From Yuukianura sp. NJ FZ-2021 (Eukaryota): a DNA stretch of 64,000 nucleotides. Under the pieces are notes generated by a model that saw only the letters and a list, made by a program, of their open reading frames with translations, was not told the DNA's origin and did not search any database. Of the stretch, positions 24,108 to 36,533 are shown piece after piece. Each line of letters starts with the position of its first letter. Position 1 is the first letter of the stretch. Where the stretch lies: positions 11,656,001-11,720,000 of the forward strand of contig CM102290.1 of assembly GCA_046563655.1 (NCBI GenBank), written 5' to 3'. A program made the translations under genes and the position numbers.

Positions 24108-26910
24108 ATTTTTCAACATTGGTTTTTGCAAAATTCGTTCAAAGTTACCACAATTCTAAGTGAAATTGATGATTTTGGTTCCATTGTTTTGAATTAATGA
24201 CGTCACCCCTCCCCCTCAAGGATCCCTTGAATCGACTTCCGGTTCCTTCCAATTGTTTCTTTTTGAGATCGAAGGGCCCCCTGTGCCCCCCACAGTCAAA
24301 GTGAGGGTGTTGTTGATGATCCTTTGGCTCATAATTACTCTGGACCAGGAGGTGACTCAATGGAAATTGGAACTCCAAGTCTCCCGCTGACTCCGTCCCT
24401 TCAAGGGCCCTTCAGTCTCTCCATTCACAAAATTCTCACTTTACATCACACCTTCACACTTTCTACAAAAAAAGATCAACTTTTTTAAAACTTGAACAGA
24501 ACAAAAAGAAGTCCCCAAGGAAAGACAAGACAGGGATGACGAACAGAAGGGATCCATCTACTGTTTGGTTGGAGGCAATTAAGGGCCCTTCAAGGGACAA
24601 AAGGAGCCCTTAAGATTACACCGGAGAGACAACAGAGCAGTAATTCCGGAAGCTGAACTAATTTCAAAATGCTGAAAATAAAATTCAAACAAAAATTGAT
24701 ATAGAAATTGGCTTTCAGTTGCAGTCTATTCGTAAAATTAACTTAAATCCAGTTTGGCCTAATGCAATCTAATTTTTTTTATCCAAACTCATGTTTGAAG
24801 AATTCCGAAATTTTGTTTTTCAAAGTTTGTTTTTCAAAATATGTTGTTTGCTATTATTAAAAAATTGCGAGCTTAGCGAAAACTCAAATTACTGACGACA
24901 TCAACTACGGCGTGCGAAATTCAAATTTTTGTCATTTTCGCTTTTTTACGCGTGAATTTTGCAACATGTTGTCACTTTGAACTCAACCTACGCATGTACA
25001 CCTACAAAATGTAAAAGTGTCACATATGAGGTACACGCGACGGAAGTGCGCAGAAGCCTGAAGAAAACGGAACTGCGCAGCAGTGATTAACTATAACGAA
25101 GAAAAGCTTGAAAATCAAGTCGTTTGAGTAGCTAGAAAAGCATTTCGAATCAGGCACGCGGTGTGCTTCTAATTAAAATTTGTATACCGGACATGCACAT
25201 CGGTCGTTGGAATGCATGCGGTACACTTTGATTCACCAGAAAAAAAAGAGCGGGAACTTTTGAATCTGCCAAATCCCTATGCCGGTACAAATTTTGTTTT
25301 CTTTAGCTTGTGTCTATGAAACTCTGTCTTAAAAACGTTGTTTTGAATTGTACCACTTAAAAACGAAAAGGGTTTCCATTTCTTTCATTCTGAAAATTTG
25401 AAAATTGAGCCACAAAGGAGTTCCCGCCACAACAGAGTTCATTGAGTCTCACTTCGCCCCAAAACCATAATCCATCCTTCAAGTTGATTTAAATTTTAAA
25501 AAAAGTGGAGGTTGGAGCAGCTGCATATAATTAATTGGTCCTAACTTTTCAACCGTGGAGAAAAAGGCGCTCATTTTCAAATTCAAAAAAAAAAGTTTTT
25601 TAAAAAAGTTCAAAAACAATTATTTGTTTCAAGTCTTGTTCAAACAAAAAATAGGGTCCTGGGTGAAGAGGGTTTGGGGGATGAAAAACCCGCGTACCCG
25701 TCCTGTTCTCCGATCTTTATTTAAAATTTTGAAATTTCTTGAACAAAAAACGTTTTTTTTTTCGAAATTTGTAAATTAAGTTTTGGTATAAATTGGAAGT
25801 TGCTTGAGGAGTGTCCAGAGGGCGTCTGGGTACAACCGTGTCCAAATTTGGTCTGCTTCCATCCAAGTAAATGGGAGAAAATGTTGATTTTCCGTTAAAA
25901 AATAAATTGGACGTTCCTCATGACGCCGTTCCTGTTTTTCCTGCTGTGGAAATAATGAGCAGCGCAAATGAAATGTTCTGGCATTCAATATCCCTCCAAA
26001 TGGAAATTTCACATTCAAAAATTACCGCGCGATTTCAAATTATTCCCGCTTTTGGTCCCTTTGGGGCAACAATCAAGTTGACGTAACAGTAGCTATGATG
26101 GAACGTTCCAATTCCAGACAAAGATTTTCACCTCAAGCGCAGTGGTCAATTATTCCAGAAAAATCGTGAATCCAAATTTTCTGGTTCCAAATAATTGTAA
26201 AAATGCTAACTACAAAAATAAATTTACGATTCACATAGCACGTCATCACTAAGAACATTTCTATACACGTAGTGTCGAATTTTTGCAATTTTTACCCTAA
26301 GTTTTCTACCGCTATTTCTAAAATTTTGAATATTAGCATCGTTTCGGACGTTTTTTTCCTAGTTTTTTTTAGTGCTTTTTTTTAATTCGTTTAAGCTGAA
26401 ATTTTAAGTGTTATGTTGCAGTCCTTCCAAATATTAAACGCGCTTTAGCGATAAATTGGCTGGTGTTCAAAAAGTGTATTGCAGTAAGATTGGCGCTCCC
26501 AACGTTTGTAATAATTTTCAGTTTTTGGAAATGATGATAATAATTTTACGTAAAACAGAGTTTAAAAAAAGTATAGCGTGTAACTGCAGGTGCTTTTGAC
26601 ACGGTTCTTTTTTTCTCAAGAAAAGCGGCTTTTTCCAAATAAAAAAAAATGTGACAGCGGAAATGAAATTGAAAATTCTGACGCATTTTCATTGAAGCTT
26701 TCAAAGAAAAAGAAAAACTTTGTGACTTGAATTTCCTGCTTCTAATGCGGTTTCCCAACAAACCTCAAAAACTACACGTGTTCAAATAACTTTCCTTGTT
26801 TTTTTTTCAAAATGTTTATGAAAGTTTTCAAAAGTTTAAAAAATGAAATGAACATTTTACTTGTTAACTTAGTGCAAGGTGGGTAAACAAAAAAAAACAA
26901 ATTGTTTATA

Positions 26911-27211
26911 CACCAGGTTATCCAGTATATATATATGTTTATAAGAGGGGGCTCACTACCTATTGATTAGGATAGTGAGGCCCACGCTGAGCATGCGCTA
27001 TATGGCATATTTCAGTCTCTCCTAGAAAAACAGCGAGGTTATCCAGTAAGTCGATGTTTTTAATTTTCTCAAATAATTTGCAAAACTTGCGTCGCCGTGC
27101 CTTTCTATGGTAATGATTTGTATGTAATTTAATAGGAATTGGGGGAAAATTGGGGGGAAAATTGTTTGAAGGAAGATTTTTGCAAACCCCGAACTACTGG
27201 ATAACCTCTTG
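26911..27211. mobile_element. ~300-bp Tc1/mariner-type MITE
   Basis: CACCAGGTTATCCAGTA ... TACTGGATAACCTCTTG (15/17 inverted match) flanked by TA on both sides; an internal copy of the TIR core at 27035. Confidence 0.55.
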
Positions 27212-30200
27212 TAGACTATTTGTAGATTGGTTGCTATAGTAACCTTGACTTAGTGTGTTAGTATATTTAGGTTAAAAAGTTGAGGATGAGTTAAAGTTTC
27301 CCGACTAAAAGTACTAAATCCAGATTTTTAATTCAAATTCAGTGGATGAGTAATTCCACGAACCGGAATCATGCGCTATTGAAATGCATTTTGTACCTGC
27401 TGGGCATTACTTTAATTGTATTTAAATTAAAACCAGATTAATTCTTTGTTGCGACAGGTTTGCAAATAATTGATTGTCTGGGAAGCCCTGCGAAAACAAC
27501 ACAAGATTCCGTATCAAATTTACAAAATTTGCAAATTTGGATGAGCAGTCCTCAGCCTTGGCAAACTTTTACGGAAACTGAAGCTGGATATCAAGAAAAT
27601 TTGCAAATCTCGATTTTAGCACAGTGTCCTGGAACATGAAGGTGTTTACGACATTTTTGGGTTGAAGACTTTTATAGTACATAAATCATTAAGGTTCCAA
27701 TTCCAATTCGCATCTTATTTTGCGAATTTGCGAATCTTGCAGCAGCAGGAAAGTTTCCCCTTACGTCATCTTCAGATCAAGGTCTCCGTATGTAAATTTA
27801 AATGGGCAAGTACTTTATCCAATGGAGAAACTAAACTAGTTTTCGCAATTTTTCTTCAAGAGTTTTGCAAAAAAAAAATACTTTCAGGATCCAGTTGCTG
27901 TCACGTCTCAACTATTTTTTTTGCAATTAAAAAATTTGCAAAAACAAAAACTGGCAAATTGGAACAAGAAACTGTGTAACCGGCCACACAAGCACAACAG
28001 TTTAAAAACAAAATTGAATTTGCTTAAACTTGCAAAAATGACGAAGAATTCGCGGATTTGCGAAGTTTCTATTAATTTTACGAGCTTTCGAGTAGGAAAG
28101 ACGTTAGCTCAGGATTAATTCGTAAAAAAAAAATCTGTGTAAAAATCAATTTTTAATCACAAATTACTTTGCGAAAAAAAAATTGGCAAAAATAAAAGAG
28201 GTGCTAAATTTGCATTCTCACGCGAGCACCGCGTAAATTAAAATCACAAAGAGGCTGAGCAGCTTTTGAGCTTGTTTAATTGTTGCAAATATTCAAGGTT
28301 ACAAACAACACCGACAAAAACTGGCCAGTTTTTGCAGCTTTTGGGAGAGCAATTTTGTGTGTGCAAAACTGTTGACAAAATTTAGCTGCTGCAAACATTT
28401 ATAAAACAGAAATAGTTTTTGAAACTGAAATAGAAATTTTTGCAAGCACTTGGAAAGTTCTGTTTTTTTTTAAATTCATTTTTACAACACACTCCAGGTA
28501 AAACTTCATTTTAGTAATTCCTGCCAAGTTAATTGTGGAGTTAGTCTAGTAAACTGAATGATTAATAGCTAGTTAGTTAACTAGCGATTAATGTTATAAA
28601 AAATTGGTCCAGAAGTGTTCCGTATTTGTTGTAACCTTTAAGCTGCTCCTTCCGTGAGATGCTTGATGATCATAAGAAGGCGTGCCAAAAGATGACTACA
28701 ATTTCCGCATTTTCAATTTTTAGCAAACAACTCAATTTGCCAATTTGCAAAACCAGTATGTGAGAAAAAATCGCAAAAAAGGTGCAAGTGGCACATAAAT
28801 TGCAAATTGCAAACTGATTAAATTGTAAAATTGGGGAGGAAATTGCTACTTCCATGGTGCTAATCACGACGTATACACTTCACACAATGAACTTGAATTT
28901 TTTTTTTGACAATTCCATTTAATTCTTTGATGTATAACTTTAATTATTTTAATTGTAATTGCGCCAATTCATGGCTACCTAACTTGCACATGTTAATCTG
29001 TAACACACAAGCTAACTTAAATTTACTTAAGCCAACAATCTTAACTCATTTAGCTTAACCTTAACCTAAATTTCTGAAAAAAGACTATTGGTTTACCGGC
29101 CATAAAAATTGCCAATTCAAAAGTTTTTCTGAGATTTTAGAACAGGAGATGAAATACTTTTGTTGCGGGAGCGTTTGAAAACAAACGTTGAGGTTAAGGC
29201 AGACCACCCAAAATGTTAAGGCTTACACACCCTTCCCCATTTGAGTGAAACGAGATCACAGTTGAAAAAGTAAATGCCGATTCACGGATCATTAAAGAGG
29301 AAATGGCTTCTATTTTTATTGTGTTTTCATCTTGTAACCACAATACATTTTTCATTTAACTTTCAAAAAGTCCCGCCCGCCCAACCTTCTTTTCCCGCTC
29401 CACATTCGAAAATGTGCAACAAAAAGGAAAACGGCTGTAAGAGTTTTTGTTAAATCTAAACTTAACTTTAACCTAAGTTAAGAAAGTAGGTAGTGTTAGC
29501 CCATGCATGTACATTTAAAACTGGCTAGGAATCACATTTGCATTTGGTTTATCATTTCACTGAAATTGTGAAATTCAAGGATTTGCAAATTCTTGGAAAA
29601 TTGCAATTAAACGGTAGGTGCCTGTTAATTATTTGCTGAAGAAAATGATACTCCAGTAACCTATACAGTTGGTGTGGATGTATGACGATTTCCAAAAACT
29701 AAACTTTCCTGTTCAACTGAAACTGGTTTCTTATTTTCAATTTTCAAAAGTCTAAGCCTTGTTATGTATTAAAACCTGCAAACAGCAAACTCTCTTATGC
29801 TGGCCTCCCAACAGCATTTTTTAACTTAACATTACCCTACCAACTTAATCTAACTCAAACTTTACTAGGTACCTTTCCAAAACATTTTAAATTTTAAACC
29901 TACAACACAAATATTTCGAAATTTGTAGTAATTTTAACTCAAATTTTCTTTCCGGTAAACATAGTAGGAGTTTGTACTGCTTTTTTTGTTGCGAAAATAA
30001 AATTTACCGTGGACAGAAAATTTTTTGCCGACAGTGAACAATTCTTACCTACCAGCATATAGTGTGTATAAAGTTGCGAATTGAGTGAGGAGATTGCGGA
30101 TTTGCTTTAAGAAAGTGCAAAATCTTTTCTTTTTGCGAAGTTGCAAATTGGTAATTTATCAGATGGAAATTAATAGCAGTCTATTCAACACTCTGGAATC

Positions 30201-31385
30201 CACCATCTTACCTATTGTGCAAATCCCAACAATCATCTTCTGTTGGACACACAGGAATTCCCTTGTTCTTTTATTCGGAGTAGATCACTAATCCACTGTT
30301 CATTGTCAGTTTGGTGCAAAAATTTGAGGGTTTGCCAATTAATTCAACTTTTTAAGAAAAAAATCATTAGTGACGTCATAACCTGATCATTAGATCAAAG
30401 TACATCCGCTTCCAGCTTTTCTTTAGTTAAGAATACAAAACAACTTGATGACTCTTCAGTTTCTGGGAATCAAATTTTGGGTTTTCTTTTCTGTTCAAGC
30501 TTGTTCTTAGCTAAGGTCACTGCTGAGTAATCGCAATTGATAGGATTACGTTACCTAATTACTAATTACGATTAACTAACCTGAAATTAATCTAACATAC
30601 ACTGACTTGTTACAATCTTCAAGTTGTGAACTCAACATAGCCACTTTTAGTTAACTTATAAATTGCTTTTAATAATAAAACACAAAAACGAAAATAAAAC
30701 TTGGTCAAAAAACTTTATTTTGACGAAATTTCAACAATGGATTCATAGTTTACAAAAACATTTGTTCTGCGCATCTCCTTTGCCCATCGAAGGTCAATTC
30801 GTCTAAATTGACGTTTTTAAGTTTGAAAATCACCTTGTCCACAAGAAGCTCTTCATGCAAAAGTAATGATCCACTCACGGCAATTCCCCAATGCTTCGTC
30901 ACCTCTCCACTATTTTTTATATTGGTCGTTAAGTTAACACTTCCAAGGCATCTTTTTCATCTAGCATCGTCTTCAGAAATACTTGAAAGCAAATTGGTTG
31001 CTATGCGCATTGGAGGCAAAAACGTGGTTCTCCTCTGCGCAGCCTTCAACCACTTCCAATCGTTAGGAATTTATATTTGTGCTAATAAAATCTACTAAAA
31101 ACCCGTTTGGCTTCTTCTCGTGTGTTGACCAGGACAAGTTCATGATCATCACAGTATTTGGCAAACTCACTCAACCACTTCAGTGTCCAATTTCAATCCA
31201 ACAGTTGACCAGGCACCCAGTGCCCATCGACTTCCACGCTTCTGCGCAGTGACGCAACGGTCAGGAAGGAGTCTGCGCCGAGAAATCGCGAGTATTTGGA
31301 CTCAAATTCCTTTGTTATTTAATTTTCTGTGGAAATTTCAAAATTTGAGTGGTGCAGTTTTTGTTTTTAAAGTTGTTCCTTGAAA

Positions 31386-34300
31386 ATGAGGAGTCTTACG
31401 TTACTGACCTTTGTCCTTTTTGGAATTTTGATACTTTTAAGGTAAAGTGAAATTTTTTGGAAAATTTTTATGAAAAGATTTTTTTTAAACTAGTCATTTG
31501 GAACGTGGTGGGCTAAAAAAAAGTTAGGGCAAAAAAGGGGGGTAAATTATGAAAGAATTGCACAACTTTTTTTTTTTGCAAACGAACTTGAAACTTGCTT
31601 AAAACTGAAAAAAAAATTACTTAACTTTTGGCTATAGCCAAACATGGCCTAACTAACACAACAAAAGCATAAGATTTAGATTAACTTTACAAATTCCAGC
31701 CAAAGTGATGGTCGTCGACGCAGGCGTCGTGACACTATGAATGAGCGGCTAGCCGCTGTAAACTCGGAGTTTCATTTGTATGACGCTCCAGTGATTCAGC
31801 GCTTAATTCGTCAAGTGTCAGAACACGAGGATGAGGATTCAGAAGAAGAAGATGAAGTAGAAAAACATGAAATTGTACGAAGGCATGCACAAGCCCCACC
31901 AGCCCCACCATTACCAACTTCACCCGCCCCACCAACAGTCAACGCTTCAGTTTCTGTCTCTGGAGAGGCCAAAGTAGGACTAAATGTATCCACCACAGTG
32001 ACCCCACCTACGACCAAGCGTCCTTCGCCTCCATTAACTACTGAGCAGATTGAACAAGGAACGCTCTACCTTCCGCCGGGATACAATCGACTTGAAATTC
32101 CAAAAATCAGAATCGGTGAAAATCGAAATAATTATTTAACAAAATTTAAAATTCAGGATTTTTCAAAATTTTATAAATTTGAAATTCTATGTTTCAGGAA
32201 GAACCGTAATAGCAGTTCCAGTTATTGTCTACTTGAATATCAGGTCAATTCGAGATTACGATGAACTTGAACAGGTAAGTTTTAGATTTGGAAAATTTTT
32301 GAAAACTTCTAGACAATTCAGGAAAACTTTTAGACAATTTTTTTAACTTTTGAACTTTTGCTACTTAAATTTTAAGACGATCACGCTGGAAATGGATTTG
32401 GTTGTTGAGTGGTTCGATGGACTGCTGTTTGACATTACAAAAGTCAACCCCAGAGTAGCACCGATTCAAAAAACACTCAATCCAGATTTTCTGAAAAAGA
32501 TTTGGCATCCGGATATCTACATGGGTAGGCAAACGTAGCCATATTTTCAAAAAATGTTTGTTTGATTTTTTCAAAATTTTCTTTCTTTCTAGATGATTTA
32601 ATTTCTGTTGACCAGCCAAGATTCATGGCACAGCCACTTACACTAAAATTCAGTCCAAACACTGGGTTCATGTCGTACACTTCAAGGTATGCCTTTAACT
32701 TGATACATCTCGAGATTCAAATTTTGAAAAAAAAAGTTCAACTTTACACTATAAAACCGAATTTTGAATTTTTTTTTCATTAGAATCGCTGCCAAGGCCA
32801 ATTGCGATATGCACTTTCACCATTACCCGGCTGACACGCAGGTCTGCGAATTCCATCTCAAGAGCTGTGAGTTATCTTGCTGGTTGATTTGTCACATTTT
32901 TGTTGACCTTTGACCTTAAGCTTTTCTATAACAAGTTGTAACATTTGATTGTTTGTAAAGATGCTTTCACCAGTGGAGATTTGGACTTGAGTTGGCTTCT
33001 TCATGGCGTTTACCTCGTTGAACCCGATGACCCTAACTTTGACTTTCAAGTTTCAGAAATCGATACGATCAAAACAATGCAAAAATTCAACAATCCCAAG
33101 AGTAAAAAGAGAAAACGTTTCAATTTAACAAAAAAGTTTCACATTTGCCTTTGACCTGTGACGTTTCGAGCTATATTAATGCTATACTTCTTTTTTTAGA
33201 TGAAACCCATGACACTTTGGTGTTTACAATTTTGGCTCGCCGAAAACTCAGCTACCAATTGGTAAGACACTTTGTTGGTTTAAAAGCAATGTCAATATTT
33301 CAATTTTGAATTTTTTTTTAACTTTTTGAAATTCAGGTTCAAACGTACTTGCCAAGCGTCTTCTTCATTATCATCACATGGCTCTGTTTCCTGATTCCTT
33401 CCAAATTCATTGAAGCCAGAATCGGTATCTCCATGACAACACTTCTCACACTCACGGCCATGTTTGCATCTGTCCGGTAAGGTCAAAGGTCACGCAGGTT
33501 GACCTGAATGGAGAAAAGAGTTCGGCTTTAGCTCAACCAAAAAATATTTCTTCCAAAAAATTTGTATTTCTGCAAAATATTTTCTAATACTTTCTAATTG
33601 TGTTTGATCTTTTAGGGAAAGCACGCCGATAGTTTCCTACGTACGTTCACTTTTTTTAATTCATCAAAATTTTCACAAAAGTTTTCCATTTTGACAAATC
33701 AAGTGTTTCCGATTTTTTCAAGTTTAATTTTTTTCTTCTCTAGGTCAAGGCGATCGATTTGTGGTAAGTTACATTAAAATTTTTAACAAAAAAAAATACG
33801 AAGAAAGTTGTCCACAACTTGATTAATGCAAAATTTTTAATACTAAAAACAAGAATTCAAAAGTGATTTAAAAAGTTTCCTTTTTGCAGGATGGTTTTCT
33901 GCATCTTTTTTGTTTTTCTAACACTGCTGGAATTCTCCATCTTGATTTGGTATTTTATACTTTTTGTTTGTCAATTAAAATTAAAATTTTGAAACTTGCA
34001 AAAATTTTGTTTGACTATTAGGATGAGATCCATTAGAGAGGACGCCATAGAAGCTCTCAACACCGCCGAGGTACTTAAGCAAATTCTAGAAATTCTTAAG
34101 TTGAAATGCACGATTAAATCTTTTTAAGTATATATTTAATTATATCACTTAACTTTTAAACTCCATTTTATTTCATGAAATTAAACTAATTTTTAGAACA
34201 CTGATGACGGTAGTCCACGACGGAAGAGCATTTCCGACACTTTGTCGCATCACTCCACGACAAGTTCAACGTTGCGTGCCCATGGCCTCTTTTCAGAACT

Positions 34301-34676
34301 CGTCGAGAAATACGCCTTTGTCATTTTCTCCATCATCTTCATCGTGTTTAACGTAAGTCAAAAGTTTACTTTTAAAATAATATTGTTTTCTCTCCATATT
34401 AAGTACTGTAAACTATTTTTTTAAAACCATCACACAAATTCTTCCGCCTCGAAATTAGTTCTGATTTTGCGATTTTAGGTTTTCGTTTTGAAATTGAGCG
34501 AAAGGAGGCCCTTTCATAATTCACTTTCAATTATGTATTTAAATAAAATAATATTTATTTAATTTGTTAAATGTAATTCTGTATCTTAGATAATCTACTG
34601 GACATGGCTCCTACAGTCAGCCAAATTCTTCGAGTGGAACGTCAATGCCACCCACACAAATGTGGATGACGACTAA
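31386..34676 (+). CDS. Divergent Cys-loop ligand-gated ion channel subunit (GABA/glycine/GluCl-side lineage), ~15 exons
   Basis: Signal peptide exon 31386-31441 (MRSLTLLTFVLFGILILL); KIWHPDIY loop A; Cys loop C-DMHFHHYPADTQV-C (13-residue spacer); M1 QTYLPSVFFIIITWLCFLIP; M2 EARIGISMTTLLTLTAM; TPIVSY|VKAIDLWMVFCIFFVFLTLLEF M3; M4 ...IIFIVFN|IIYW; stop at 34674-34676. Micro-exons at 33616-33640 and 33744-33763. Confidence 0.92.
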
Positions 34677-36533
34677 GGCGGTATTTTCTGGTTGACCTTT
34701 GACCTCCAGGAAACAGTCAAAGTGAAATCAATCTCCTGCTTATTCAGAATTTATTAAAAATGTGACATAATACGTAGAGGTCAAACACTATAATTTTTGA
34801 GGTCAATTAATAAGTTTCAGAGAAAACTAGTTAGTGGACATGAAAAAAAAATCATTTTATTTAAATTAAATTCAAGTAGAATTTTACATATTTTGAACAG
34901 TTTATTAGAAAATTCTGGAACTCTGCAGACTATAGTTATATGTAACCGTCATATTTGAGACGTCCTTGAGAAAATTGAAATTTCAAACCCTAACATTACA
35001 TAAACATTACCTTAAATTGCCAAATTGTCAACTAAACTAATGAAAACTTATTAAAACGTCTTATCCAAACTCTATACTTCTTTTGAAAATTCTGAAAACA
35101 AAAAACAAAGTCTGTATAGCACAAAATTATGAAATAAATGTTTAAATCCGAACTGGGCTTGCGTGTAAAATTTGGTAGCACGATTCCGTTGCAAGAGTAT
35201 TTTTGAATATGAAGGTTGTGATTAAAATTGTTTCAAAATTATTTTTGAAATTAAGTTTGTTGGAAGTGAAGTCACCCCGTTGTTCTGAGCATGAATTGAC
35301 GGGAATCCCAATGGTTAGGAGCCACGAAATTACCAATTCCGAAGCGTATCAAACATGACAGTGGTGGTGGATCAAAATAATCTTACTAAAAAAAAGTTTT
35401 TTCACACCTTCCTAAGTACTAAATGAATTACTAGGACAAGGGGATATGAATAGTGACTTTGTCAAGTCTTGGAACCTTCGTCCAGAAGCCTTCCAGAAAC
35501 CATTTTGGATCTGAAATTGGAGTTTTCGTGTAATTATGGATAATCAACTGGAACTTTTCTTGCTTGCACCTTCATCGCTTCAACAAAAACTTTCAATTTT
35601 TTGTTTAAAAAACTACTTTGATGTTATTTCTCTTGCTCTGTTCAACTGTGGTCTGAAAACAAATGTAAATAAAAACAGGACGCAGTAATTGAATTTTTGC
35701 AGTTAAAAAGTTGCAGTTTTAAAAAAAATGCAATTTTCATTTTACTTGTCCTTGTAGTTAGTGTCAAATTCAAACGACGCTGGGCGTTTTAATTTTTCAA
35801 AAAAACGTTGAAATTTTTCAGAAAATCAGTTTGAAAAGATTTGACGTGGTGCTAAATGCATTTTTTTTTTGCAGAGAACGTTGTGTTTTAAGTTATTATG
35901 ACCTCATGCCGCTTTTGACTTAATGACTAGACATGATTCACTTGTTGACCTAACCTTCTGTCAATAGTCTTTGCGTTAACATTTATGTTAAGTGTTTATG
36001 TAAGATGTACAGTGTACTATTGTTTGATTGTCATGTCCAATGTCTGTCAATAATTGTCCAAGCAGGGCTAAGAATACAAAAGAAGGCGTTGTTGTTGGTT
36101 TCTTCTGTATGCGAAAGTGTACAATGCAGGACAAGGAGCAGCAGAAATGAGAGAATGAGAGATGGATTTGCAAAGTTGAAATTTTCAGGTTTTGCGAATT
36201 TCTGTTCGAATCTGTCGGTGGCTGCTCCGTGCTCCATTCTCGTATGTAGCATTCTTGCCTTCAAATTTCAGAACAAGCTGCAGTTCTGGCGTCATTCTGA
36301 ACAAGCATTCGCGTCCGCATTCGTCAAGGCTTGTTCAGTCTTTGGCAAGACGGGGAAGGAACAGCACCAGCAGCATTTTTAGAAATCAAATCAGTATTCA
36401 CGATTAGTCACACTACTACGAAGATGTTCCTTGATTTTAACCTTTGACCTGGAAGTATATTTTTGACAATAGGAGTTATAATTCACACTATTTTTGCACT
36501 GTGTAAAGGTCACAGTCCTCCCAGAACAGCGCA

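Noticed and set aside
36005..36407. ORFs of 125 and 71 aa upstream of the helicase
   Set aside because: No recognisable motifs and no clear in-phase splice into the helicase; likely 5' UTR or promoter.
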